DNA of 64,000 bases from a virus, in the IMG/VR virus record IMGVR_UViG_3300020201_000010, one strand, 5' to 3'. Both the position numbers and the translations under genes were made by a program. Shown piece after piece: positions 18,585 to 28,332 of the stretch. Each line of letters begins with the position of its first letter. Position 1 is the first letter of the stretch. The notes under the pieces were generated by a model that was given only the letters and a program-made list of their open reading frames with translations, was not told the DNA's origin and searched no databases.

Positions 18585-19477
18585 TAAATAAAATTACATT
18601 CTTTAACCACTTTCATAACGGCGACTTACATGTGTCAAGAACATTTGTAAGTGAAATTATTAACAAATTAAATATTTCAGGTTCTTATAGCCATAATAAA
18701 AATGAATATTTATTAAATGATTTAAATCTTACCAAAGATAGTATTATAAATATACATGAAAAGATAGGCGCTAAAAATAAACTTGATAGTTTATTTTTAA
18801 ATACTTGGTATGGTGCTTATGATCAAAAATATCAAAATGCTTATGGCATAACTTTTGATACGCTATATTCTATTTTTGATTTTCACTTGTCATCTAATTT
18901 TGGCATTAAACTAACTGACATACATCTAGATGCATCTAAGTTTTTCCCTAAAATTGATTTTTCAAAATTTAAAATTCAAAATATAGATGATTATTTTAAT
19001 AAAGTTTCATTTAAATACAAAATATTAATCTGCAATGGTGAAGCGTTATCTGGTCAAGCTGTTAATTTCCCATTAGCCCAAGTCATAAATTATTTAAGTG
19101 AAAAATATACTGACATTTTATTTATTTATACTAACGCTGATAAGAATATTGTTAATAAATCCAACGCTGTTTCATCTTCAAGTATTATTAATTATAGCCT
19201 TCCTACAGATTTAAATGAAACAGCCTATATATCAACTAAGTGTAATATTATTGTAGGAAGAGCTTCAGGAGCATATACTTTCTCTATGATACAAGATAAT
19301 ATGTTTGAACGTGATTGTACACTGATATCATTTTCTAATCTCAATAATAATAAGTTTTGGTTAGGTAATGATTTTACTAATATTTTAAATTATAGCGCCA
19401 AGGTAAAAAATTACAATATAGATAACCCAAATGAAGCTCAAAGAATACTGGAGGAAGAAATTCAATGCTTGAAATAA
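18581..19477 (+). CDS. Hypothetical protein, possible GT9-like
   Basis: FHNGDLH N-terminal motif, IVGRASGAY; glycan cluster context. Confidence 0.5.
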   Translation: MINKITFFNHFHNGDLHVSRTFVSEIINKLNISGSYSHNKNEYLLNDLNLTKDSIINIHEKIGAKNKLDSLFLNTWYGAYDQKYQNAYGITFDTLYSIFDFHLSSNFGIKLTDIHLDASKFFPKIDFSKFKIQNIDDYFNKVSFKYKILICNGEALSGQAVNFPLAQVINYLSEKYTDILFIYTNADKNIVNKSNAVSSSSIINYSLPTDLNETAYISTKCNIIVGRASGAYTFSMIQDNMFERDCTLISFSNLNNNKFWLGNDFTNILNYSAKVKNYNIDNPNEAQRILEEEIQCLK

Positions 19478-19905
19478 GACTGGTGAGGCATGAAGATGAA
19501 TACGAATTAGTTAATTTTTTTAGAAAAGTTGAATGTAATAATTATTTTCACCCTCATTCTTTCAACAAAGAATATGCTCAATTTTTGTGTAACTATAGTG
19601 GTTTAGATTTATATTATATTGTTTTAATTAATAATAAAATTATTGGCTACAGTCTATTAAGAGGTTGGGATGAAGGTGATGATATTCCAGAATTAGGAAT
19701 TATTGTTGATGATTCCTATAGAGGTAAAGGCTTGGCTAAAGCTATTATGAATTTTCTTCATACTGCTGCTAGACTGAAAGGCGCCACGAAAATTAGATTA
19801 AAGTTTTATAAATATAATGAAAAAGCGGTTAGCTTATATGAAAGCTTAGGTTATGAATTAAGTGATTTTGATAATGATCAGTATATAGGATATAAAAAAA
19901 TATGA
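19465..19905 (+). CDS. GNAT family acetyltransferase
   Basis: YRGKGLAK acetyl-CoA motif, NEKAVSLYESLGY. Confidence 0.9.
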   Translation: MLEIRLVRHEDEYELVNFFRKVECNNYFHPHSFNKEYAQFLCNYSGLDLYYIVLINNKIIGYSLLRGWDEGDDIPELGIIVDDSYRGKGLAKAIMNFLHTAARLKGATKIRLKFYKYNEKAVSLYESLGYELSDFDNDQYIGYKKI

Positions 19906-20507
19906 GAAAAAAAATATGTATATTTGGTAATTCTGGATTTGCAAAAGAGGTTAGTCAATGGATTCCTAAATTAGGCTATCAAATAGATGCATTCATTGAT
20001 CGTCCAGAAAATACGAATCATACACTTGGTGTTTACGATGACTCTTATTTTAATCCCACGCTTCATGTGGCGGTAGTCGCAATTGGAAACCCAGCTTTAA
20101 GAAAGAAAATTGTTGATAGTATTATTGCTAAACATGGTGATGATGTCTTTACAACCATTATTCATCCATCAGCAATTATTGATGATGCAGATGTAGGTAA
20201 AGGAGTTGTGATTTGTGCAGGGTGTATATTAACTTGTAATATTAAAGTTGGCGATTTTTCTCAATTAAACCTCTCAACTACTATTGGTCATGATACAGTT
20301 TTAGGTGAATATTTTACCACAGCTCCCGGCGCACATATTAATGGTCATGTTACAACAGGTACTAATGTATATTTTGGCTCAAATTCATCAACAGTTGAAA
20401 GTTTAAATATATGCAGTGATGTTATTGTTGGTGCTGGTGGCTGTGTTGTTAAAGATATAATTATGCCTGGAACATATGTGGGTGTTCCTGTTAAAAAAAT
20501 CACCTAA
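19902..20507 (+). CDS. NeuD/PglD/PerB-type sugar N-acetyltransferase (hexapeptide repeat)
   Basis: IFGNSGFAKE, VAIGNPALR, IHPSA, TTIGHD, left-handed beta-helix repeats, YVGVP. Confidence 0.9.
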   Translation: MRKKICIFGNSGFAKEVSQWIPKLGYQIDAFIDRPENTNHTLGVYDDSYFNPTLHVAVVAIGNPALRKKIVDSIIAKHGDDVFTTIIHPSAIIDDADVGKGVVICAGCILTCNIKVGDFSQLNLSTTIGHDTVLGEYFTTAPGAHINGHVTTGTNVYFGSNSSTVESLNICSDVIVGAGGCVVKDIIMPGTYVGVPVKKIT

Positions 20508-20515
20508 TAATAATA

Positions 20516-21337
20516 ATGCATAGTTGCATGAAGAGCTTTGCAACTACCCTGAGAATTGGCATAGGTGATATCATTCTTGCATGGGCAGCATTAGAAAATA
20601 TGAAGCATAAACTTAATGATATTTATATTGATGTTAATTGGAGTATATTATCAGCCTACAAAGATAATTCAGAAAATTATAAAAAATTTATTCAAGATTT
20701 AATTCAAACTCTGTTTACTGATAATAAATACAAACTATTTACTAACAAGCGTGGAGAAGAACATACTTTTGATGATTTTAGGAATTATGGGATACCAGCT
20801 GTTTTACCAAAAGCTGCTCATTTGCTTTGTGCAGATTACACTCTGATGGATGCAGAATATATTGTAATTACTACCAAGGTAAGACAGTTTGATAAAAAGA
20901 AATTTTTATCTTACAAAGATCACTTTATTGAAATTATTAAAAAATTAAGTATAAAATATAAAATCGTTTTGTTAGGCGAACAGGAGATAGAATACGGGGT
21001 AGAATATTCTTTATATGGAGTGAATCATATTTATTCTTTATATGATTATTTAAAAGACATAAATAATGTTATTGATCTTACTACCAAAGTAATTAGTTCG
21101 GATAATGCATCTTTAGAAAACGTCAAAAAAGATTGCGCTATAATGCATAAAGCACGAGCTGTTATTACTGTCGGTTGTGGTGGCAACTTGACTCTTGCCG
21201 CTGCCGTTTCAAAACATTTAATTGGAATAAGAAGAGATGATTATGAATTTGGTGATTTTATTTATCGAAACCCAAATGATGAGATATATGTAGTTAGAGA
21301 TCATGCTTTATGGCTTGATAAAATTGAAAAACTATAA
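20516..21337 (+). CDS. Putative GT9-like glycosyltransferase
   Basis: IGIGDII, IVLLGE, AVITVGCGGN. Confidence 0.5.
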   Translation: MHSCMKSFATTLRIGIGDIILAWAALENMKHKLNDIYIDVNWSILSAYKDNSENYKKFIQDLIQTLFTDNKYKLFTNKRGEEHTFDDFRNYGIPAVLPKAAHLLCADYTLMDAEYIVITTKVRQFDKKKFLSYKDHFIEIIKKLSIKYKIVLLGEQEIEYGVEYSLYGVNHIYSLYDYLKDINNVIDLTTKVISSDNASLENVKKDCAIMHKARAVITVGCGGNLTLAAAVSKHLIGIRRDDYEFGDFIYRNPNDEIYVVRDHALWLDKIEKL

Positions 21338-21345
21338 GGAACAAA

Positions 21346-21654
21346 ATGGCTAGTGAAAGTCTTGGGTTTTTGGTGGATAAAATTGCAACAATAAACAGTA
21401 AATTATTTATTGCTCAAGATGATTTATATAGAGTGCGTAGAATGTCATTCGAGGAATTCAAAACAGAATTTTCTACAGAAGAAAAAATGTTTGAATTATA
21501 TAATATTTTTAAAAAAGCTATGGATCTAAATGTTCAAAGGTCTGCACAAATTAAAGTATTTGATCAGCAGATAGTTAAAATGATTAAAGACGCTATCTCC
21601 GGTGTAGATATTGATGATGGTGTTGCAATTCAAGACCAACATAAAACTTATTAA
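21346..21654 (+). CDS. DUF4254-like helical protein
   Basis: ESLGFLVDKI..IN.KL...QD...NVQRS..I...D pattern. Confidence 0.55.
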   Translation: MASESLGFLVDKIATINSKLFIAQDDLYRVRRMSFEEFKTEFSTEEKMFELYNIFKKAMDLNVQRSAQIKVFDQQIVKMIKDAISGVDIDDGVAIQDQHKTY

Positions 21655-21674
21655 AATATTAAATCAGGAAAATA

Positions 21675-22793
21675 TTGTTACCAATATATAAGCCATATTT
21701 AAATGAAAATAATTTAAAATACGCACATGAAGCTCTCGATTCAACCTGGGTTTCTTCTAATGGCCCATACATTCAACAAGTTGAACATGACTTAGCAGCT
21801 TATTATAATATTAATTATTTTATTAGACCAAAAGTTCTTCTTACATCTAACGGAACAACTGCACTTCATCTTTGCGCCAGATTATTAAAAAATAATTATC
21901 CTAAAATTAAAAAAATATTAGCACCTAATAATGTTTATGTTGCAGCGTGGAATGCATTTTTGTTTGATAGAAATTATATTATTGAAACAATTGATGCCGA
22001 CATTAACACTTGGAATATTGATCTTGAAAAATTATATTTACAACTTAATAAAGAAGATTTTAGCGAGACAGCATTGCTCGTCGTACATAATGTTGGAAAT
22101 ATTTTAAATGTTCCTAAAATTAAAAGAGATTTCCCAGATTTAATTATCATCGAAGATAATTGCGAAGGTTTTTGTGGAACTTATGAAGGACTGCCTAGCG
22201 GATCAGTTTCATTCACCTCTTCAATTAGTTTCTTCGGTAATAAAAATTTAACCAGTGGAGAAGGTGGGGCAATCATTGCTTCAGAATCCGATCTTGATTA
22301 TTTGCTTTGTCTAAGATCTCAGGGGCAAAGTAATATAAGATTTATTCATGAAGAGCTTGGTTACAATTATAGAATAACTAATCCTAGCGCAGCTATTTTA
22401 AAAGGTCAAATTGAGTCTTGGCCTAAAATTACAAAACTCAAACAAGATGTGTTCGATCTTTATCGCAAATTGTTAAAAGGTGTTGATGGAATAGAATTGC
22501 AGCAAACAGACCAGGACACTACGCATAGTAATTGGATGTTTGGTGTTCGAATTATTGGTAATAAAAATTATAATAATATTGATAAATATTTTAAAAATAA
22601 TTATATTGAGGTTCGACCAATGTTTTACCCAGTAAATGCACATAAGCATTTAAAAGATATTAAATTTGATTCTATTGATGTGGCAAAAAAACTTAATCAG
22701 GAAATTGTAATTATTCCATGTTGGCCAGGTATCTCTGAACATGAGGTTTGTCATGTGGTAAATACATTAAAAAATTATATTAGGAGCAAATAA
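21675..22793 (+). CDS. DegT/DnrJ/EryC1/StrS aminotransferase (perosamine synthase-like)
   Basis: SNGTTALH, IEDNCE, SFFGNKNLTSGEGG, GYNYR. Confidence 0.92.
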   Translation: MLPIYKPYLNENNLKYAHEALDSTWVSSNGPYIQQVEHDLAAYYNINYFIRPKVLLTSNGTTALHLCARLLKNNYPKIKKILAPNNVYVAAWNAFLFDRNYIIETIDADINTWNIDLEKLYLQLNKEDFSETALLVVHNVGNILNVPKIKRDFPDLIIIEDNCEGFCGTYEGLPSGSVSFTSSISFFGNKNLTSGEGGAIIASESDLDYLLCLRSQGQSNIRFIHEELGYNYRITNPSAAILKGQIESWPKITKLKQDVFDLYRKLLKGVDGIELQQTDQDTTHSNWMFGVRIIGNKNYNNIDKYFKNNYIEVRPMFYPVNAHKHLKDIKFDSIDVAKKLNQEIVIIPCWPGISEHEVCHVVNTLKNYIRSK

Positions 22794-23404
22794 TGTATCA
22801 TGGTCAATTTGAAATAGATAAATATTTACATCAGAATTTTTTTGAAAATGTTTATGATGGATTCTTTGTTGAGTGCGGAGCCGTAGATGGTTTAACAGAA
22901 TCATCTTGTTTATTTTTTGAGCAGAAATTAAATTGGACAGGTATTAATATTGAACCAGTACCATCTTCATATAATTTATTAATACAGAATAGACCAAATA
23001 GTATTAATTTAAATTACGCCCTGTCTGATAAAAATGAGGAGGCAACTTTTACTCAAGCTAATCATCCGCAACACAGTATCTTTGGTAACGGATCTTTAAA
23101 CCATACAGTAGAACATAAATATGATTTAATTAATCAAGGATGCTCTTTTCATAAATTAAATGTAACCTGTAAAAGATTTGCTGATATATTTACATATGAA
23201 CGAGAAATAGATTTGTTTGTATTGGACGTTGAAGGTAGTGAATTAAAAGCTCTAGATGGTATTTTAGATTTAGATGTTAGCCTTCAGCCAAAGGTGTTCT
23301 GTATTGAATATCCATTTGCAGGTTTGAAAGAAATAGAAAAAAAATTAGTTAATTATAACTTATTTAGTTTACAACTTCAAAATGCAATATTTGTTAAAAA
23401 ATAA
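22793..23404 (+). CDS. FkbM family methyltransferase
   Basis: FFVECGAVDG, GINIEP, LDVEGSEL. Confidence 0.9.
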   Translation: MYHGQFEIDKYLHQNFFENVYDGFFVECGAVDGLTESSCLFFEQKLNWTGINIEPVPSSYNLLIQNRPNSINLNYALSDKNEEATFTQANHPQHSIFGNGSLNHTVEHKYDLINQGCSFHKLNVTCKRFADIFTYEREIDLFVLDVEGSELKALDGILDLDVSLQPKVFCIEYPFAGLKEIEKKLVNYNLFSLQLQNAIFVKK

Positions 23405-23415
23405 TTTGAAAGGTA

Positions 23416-24405
23416 ATGATGAGTAAAAGTGTAATAATTACAGGTGTCACTGGTCAAATAGGAAGTGGCTTTGCTAGGTTTCTTTTAAATGAAGGTCATG
23501 AAGTACACGGTATTATTAGACGAACATCATCATTTAATACATCGAGAATTGATGATGTATTTAGCCACCCAAAATTAAAACTTCATTATGGTGATATGAC
23601 TGATGGTTCTGTTTCTAATTTGATTTGTGACTTAAAACCTGATTATTTTATTAATCAGGCAGCTATGTCTCATGTTGCCGTATCATTTGATAATCCAGAA
23701 TATTGTTTTGATGTAAATGCTACCGGTGTAATTAGATGTCTGGAAGCTGTTAGAAGGCATAGTAAACATACTCGTGTTTTGCAAGCATCGACATCAGAGC
23801 TGTACGGAGATCATGTTGCTCCTCAAAATGAGTTAACACCATTTAAACCCCGGAGTCCGTACGCAGTAAGCAAATTGGCCGCTTTAGCATCGGTTGTAAA
23901 CTATCGGGAGGCTTATAATATATTCGCTGCTAACTCTATTACATTTAATACTGAAGGACCGGCACGAGGCGCAACATTTTTAACGCGCAAAGTCACTCTG
24001 GCCGCTGCACGAATATCTCTTGGCTTGCAAAAAGAATTACGTTTAGGCAACTTATGTTCCAAACGATCTTGGACGCACTATGAAGATCAACTTGATGGCC
24101 AATGGCTGGTTTTAAATGCAGATGAGCCGGACGATTATTGCATAGGTTTAGAGGAATCACATTCAATTCAAGAATTTGTTGAAATTGTTTTTTCAAAGTT
24201 AAATCTTGACTGGAAAGAATTTGTTATTTGCGATCCTAGATATTTTAGACCTACAGATGTTGATCACTTAGAGCCTGACTGTACAAAGATCAGATCTAAG
24301 CTAGGATGGAAGCCTAAGCACACATTTCAGCAGTTAGTTGATGAAATGGTTAAGCACGATCTTGATTTAGCAAGAAAAGAGAAGATTTTGTTAGATAATA
24401 AATAA
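23416..24405 (+). CDS. gmd: GDP-mannose 4,6-dehydratase
   Basis: ITGVTGQIGS, SHVAVSF, QASTSELYG, RSPYAVSK, FLTRK, LGNL, FRPTDV. Confidence 0.95.
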   Translation: MMSKSVIITGVTGQIGSGFARFLLNEGHEVHGIIRRTSSFNTSRIDDVFSHPKLKLHYGDMTDGSVSNLICDLKPDYFINQAAMSHVAVSFDNPEYCFDVNATGVIRCLEAVRRHSKHTRVLQASTSELYGDHVAPQNELTPFKPRSPYAVSKLAALASVVNYREAYNIFAANSITFNTEGPARGATFLTRKVTLAAARISLGLQKELRLGNLCSKRSWTHYEDQLDGQWLVLNADEPDDYCIGLEESHSIQEFVEIVFSKLNLDWKEFVICDPRYFRPTDVDHLEPDCTKIRSKLGWKPKHTFQQLVDEMVKHDLDLARKEKILLDNK

Positions 24406-24411
24406 GGGCAT

Positions 24412-25566
24412 ATGTTTTATGTTTATAAAATTACCAATATAATAAATAATAAAATATATATAGGCCAAACCATAACAACTATTAAAAAAAGATGGGATTC
24501 ACACATACGAGCTTCGTGTTTAGATAAACCAACAATGCTAATATCATTAGCTATAAAAAAATTTGGATTAGAATATTTTTCTATTGAAGAAATAGATAGA
24601 TCTAAAAATATTAATGATATAAACATTAAGGAAATATATTGGATTAATTTTTATAACTCCAGGCACAATGATATTGGCTATAATGTTAGTAGGGGTGGTG
24701 GCAATTCGATCAATAAGAAAAAATATCAGTTAGTAAGTAAAAATCAAGTATATAAAATAAGATTTGAATTATCAAAAGGCCATCACAGTTTCAATGATAT
24801 ATCAAATATTTTAAATATTGATTATGATACTGTTCGCGCAATATATCACAATCAATATTGCATAGATAAAAACTATATAAAACAAAATTATGATAAAATA
24901 TTAAAAAAAGGTTTGAAACAGCGCAGTGATATGTCAAGAGGATTAAGATCATATAAATCGAAGTTTTCTTATCAGGATATAGTAAACATAAGATCTTATT
25001 TTTATTATGAAAAATTATCTTGTGATAAATTATCTAAAATATATAATGTTTCTAATAATACTATATTAGATCTTATCAGGCTTAAATCATATGCAGATAT
25101 ACCAGCACCTTATTCATTAAAAAAAATCAAAGAAATAATTTTAAATAATAAATCAATTAATGGTATGAATCAGGGTCCCAAAAATAAAGGCGAAAAACAT
25201 GGTATGAATAAATATTCTGATGATTTAATTCAAAAAATTAGAACAATGTACTCAACTGGCAACTTTACGCAGAAATATATAGCTGATTGTTTTAATGTTC
25301 TGCCTAAATATGTTAGCAGAATAGTCACCGGAGAGCGCCGTGGAAAAACAAATATTGATGTAAAGCAGATAAAAGATAAGACTGTATCTTATAGTGGAAA
25401 TAAAAACCCAGCAGCAAAATTAACTACGGAAATTGTAAAACAAATTAGGGCAGAAATGAAATATTCTACAAAGGATAATATTGTTAAAAAATATACAGAG
25501 ATATACAAAGTTTCAAAAACATCTATATACTATATATTAAACAATAAAACATGGAACAATGTATGA
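24412..25566 (+). CDS. GIY-YIG homing endonuclease with repeated HTH-like units
   Basis: VYKITNIINNKIYIGQT...RW..H...E..WI...GYN; overlaps fcl start. Confidence 0.88.
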   Translation: MFYVYKITNIINNKIYIGQTITTIKKRWDSHIRASCLDKPTMLISLAIKKFGLEYFSIEEIDRSKNINDINIKEIYWINFYNSRHNDIGYNVSRGGGNSINKKKYQLVSKNQVYKIRFELSKGHHSFNDISNILNIDYDTVRAIYHNQYCIDKNYIKQNYDKILKKGLKQRSDMSRGLRSYKSKFSYQDIVNIRSYFYYEKLSCDKLSKIYNVSNNTILDLIRLKSYADIPAPYSLKKIKEIILNNKSINGMNQGPKNKGEKHGMNKYSDDLIQKIRTMYSTGNFTQKYIADCFNVLPKYVSRIVTGERRGKTNIDVKQIKDKTVSYSGNKNPAAKLTTEIVKQIRAEMKYSTKDNIVKKYTEIYKVSKTSIYYILNNKTWNNV

Positions 25567-26576
25567 CAGAAAATATTTTACTTACCGGCTGCACATCATT
25601 CCTTGGTGCAGCAATTATAGATTGTCTTGTAAAAGATGGGTATAATATATTTGGGTCCAATATTGTAAATTATTCAATTGAAAATAAACATATAATGTTT
25701 ATCATTCCAAACTCTAATGATTGCGATTGTTTAAATTTTGATAAATTAAATAATTATATAAATGAATTTAAAATCACAAAAATATTTCATGCAGCAGCTC
25801 GTTGTGGTGGAATTGGTTTAAATCAAAAAACTCCAGCAGACTTGACAGTTGAAAATATTCAAATGGGTATTAATGTATATATGGCTGCAAAATTAAATAA
25901 TATTGAATACGTATACACTCTAGGTAGCGTTTGTGCTTACCCTCAATTTTGCGATATACCATTTAAAGAGTCAGATTTGTGGAATGGAATGCCGGAAATA
26001 ACTAATGCTGGGTATGGTCACGCTAAGCGAACTTTACTTATGCTTGGCAATACTTACAGGTCACAATACGGCATTAAAGGTGGACAGTTAATACCAATTA
26101 ATATGTATGGTTTACAGGACCATTACGATTTAGAAAATTCGCATGTGATACCAGCTCTTATAAGAAAAATATATGAAGCGAAATTAAATAAAGACAAAGA
26201 TGTTACGTGTTGGGGTAGCGGCAAAGCATACAGAAGTTTTTTAAATAGTCATGATTGCGCTCAAGCTATAGTTAAAACATGTTTGTTAAATTTAGATTTT
26301 GAGCAACCAATTAATTTAGGACCAACTGATGATATATCTATTAAAGATTTATCTTTGTTAATATCTAAATTAATAAATTATAATGGAAATATTGTTTTTG
26401 ATCCATCAAAACCTGATGGACAATTAAGAAGATTGTTAGATACGTCTAGAGCTAAAGATATTTTGGATTGGCAAGCACAAATAAAATTCGAGAAAGGCTT
26501 AAACGATACCATTAAATGGTACATAGCTAATAGGGAATTATTAATAAATAATGAGTCAAAAAAAATACGAAGATAA
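25551..26576 (+). CDS. fcl: GDP-L-fucose synthase
   Basis: AAARCGGIG, LGSVCAYP, YGHAKR, NMYG, SHVIPALI, KPDG. Confidence 0.92.
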   Translation: MEQCMTENILLTGCTSFLGAAIIDCLVKDGYNIFGSNIVNYSIENKHIMFIIPNSNDCDCLNFDKLNNYINEFKITKIFHAAARCGGIGLNQKTPADLTVENIQMGINVYMAAKLNNIEYVYTLGSVCAYPQFCDIPFKESDLWNGMPEITNAGYGHAKRTLLMLGNTYRSQYGIKGGQLIPINMYGLQDHYDLENSHVIPALIRKIYEAKLNKDKDVTCWGSGKAYRSFLNSHDCAQAIVKTCLLNLDFEQPINLGPTDDISIKDLSLLISKLINYNGNIVFDPSKPDGQLRRLLDTSRAKDILDWQAQIKFEKGLNDTIKWYIANRELLINNESKKIRR

Positions 26577-27093
26577 TTATAATTATAAATATACGTTACA
26601 TTATATGTATAACAATGCAGCGCATAATAACAACGAAAACTATCACGTATGCAAACAAATTATTCATACTTATAACAGTATAAACATTGATGATTTATCT
26701 AAATTTACATTTTCATTAAGTCTTAATGGAGACGGAATGAAGAACTGGTCGTTTCATGATATTTACCATATAGAAAGTAACTTAGATGTTCTAATGGATA
26801 AAATATACAACGATCATTGTGCTGAAAATAAAAGTTACCCAGTAATTGAGTTTTGTAAGTATGAAGAATCTTTATATGAATTATCACTGAAATTTGCAAA
26901 AAAACATCATATTTTAAACTATTGTAGCGATGACATGTATCAAGAACTTTATAATGAAACAAATGAATTTACTTGTTTAAATGGAAATGTTTCATGGCTT
27001 GACTCAGGATTTGAATTAGCCACAATGATAGCAAGCTCGCCAACAATAAGTATATTTAAAAATAACATTATGATAAAAAACATTATTCAATAA
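26551..27093 (+). CDS. Hypothetical protein, IIE-tail family (MIKNIIQ*)
   Basis: ORF track; C-terminal motif. Confidence 0.75.
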   Translation: MSQKKYEDNYNYKYTLHYMYNNAAHNNNENYHVCKQIIHTYNSINIDDLSKFTFSLSLNGDGMKNWSFHDIYHIESNLDVLMDKIYNDHCAENKSYPVIEFCKYEESLYELSLKFAKKHHILNYCSDDMYQELYNETNEFTCLNGNVSWLDSGFELATMIASSPTISIFKNNIMIKNIIQ

Positions 27094-27426
27094 GGATAAT
27101 ATGGCAATTAAAAATAAAAACATGAATGTAAAGAAAAACAAGATGTTAGATGTGTTGTGAAGTTCTAACCTGGAGAGATAGTGTTTTTTCTTGAAAACAT
27201 TAAGAACAGAGATGTGGAATCTGAGCTGTTTGATAAAAAAGAAGCAGTATTAAAACCAAGAAGTCGTTGCTTTTCATTCTTAAATGTTATATAGATACAG
27301 CTAGAAAGGAATTCATGAGTTTATTTTTAGCTAATAGCTTTGTTCGAGAAATATTTGTAAAAGAGTTTAATAAAATATCAACAAATAATACCATTGTTAA
27401 TACTAAAACTTGGGTAGATGTAGGTT

Positions 27427-28332
27427 TTGATGAGTAAGATAAAAATATTAATTACAGGATGTCTTGGATTTATCGGTAGCAACGCTGCTAGGTTTTTATT
27501 AAAGGAAAGCAAAGACTATGAAATAGTGGGTATTGATTATGCTGTTGAACCTAAACTTCTTCATGCTATTCATTTAAATAAAAATAATACTTTTTACTTA
27601 GGCAATATAACTGATTCTCATTTCATTAATAACGTTTTAAGTTTAGAAAAACCAGATGTTATCATTCATATGGCTGATACCAAACTGCCTGGATGCGTTG
27701 ATACAAATGTTGTCGGAACACATGTTTTAATTGAAAATGCCATAAAACATAAAATACAAAAATTTGTTTATATATCTTCTGACAAAGTATGTGGAAAGAT
27801 ATCAGCTAATGAAAATGATCATGCAACGCCTAATACTACTTATGCTGTTAGTAAATATTCATCAGAACTTTTATTACAAGTGTCAGGATTAAATTATGTG
27901 ATTATAAGACCTTGCAATATATTTGGACCAAGACAGTCAGAAGAATATTTGATACCGTATGTTATCAAAAGTATGATAGAAGAACGTGTGGTTAAACTTT
28001 ATAATCAAGGTTTAAACTTACGTGATTATTTATATGTTACAGATTTTGCGGCTGCACTAAAGATTATACTTGAAAAAGGTACGGGCCCAGTATACCATGT
28101 GAGTTCAGATTGGCAGCTTTCTAGCTTGGACCTATATAAGAATATATCAGATATCTTTAATATGAAAGATTACCCAATAGAATTTAATAATACATTTAAA
28201 ACAGATAACGAAAGAAATATAAAATGTTCGGATCTAAAAGCACTAGGCTGGAAGCCAGAAGCAAAATTTAAAGAATCATTAAACACAACTATTAATTGGT
28301 ATGTTAATAACTATCAATGGTTCTTAAAATGA
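27427..28332 (+). CDS. Extended SDR nucleotide-sugar 4,6-dehydratase (RfbB-like scaffold)
   Basis: TGCLGFIGS, NVVGT, YAVSK, NIFGPRQ, RDYLYV, YHV. Confidence 0.85.
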   Translation: MMSKIKILITGCLGFIGSNAARFLLKESKDYEIVGIDYAVEPKLLHAIHLNKNNTFYLGNITDSHFINNVLSLEKPDVIIHMADTKLPGCVDTNVVGTHVLIENAIKHKIQKFVYISSDKVCGKISANENDHATPNTTYAVSKYSSELLLQVSGLNYVIIRPCNIFGPRQSEEYLIPYVIKSMIEERVVKLYNQGLNLRDYLYVTDFAAALKIILEKGTGPVYHVSSDWQLSSLDLYKNISDIFNMKDYPIEFNNTFKTDNERNIKCSDLKALGWKPEAKFKESLNTTINWYVNNYQWFLK

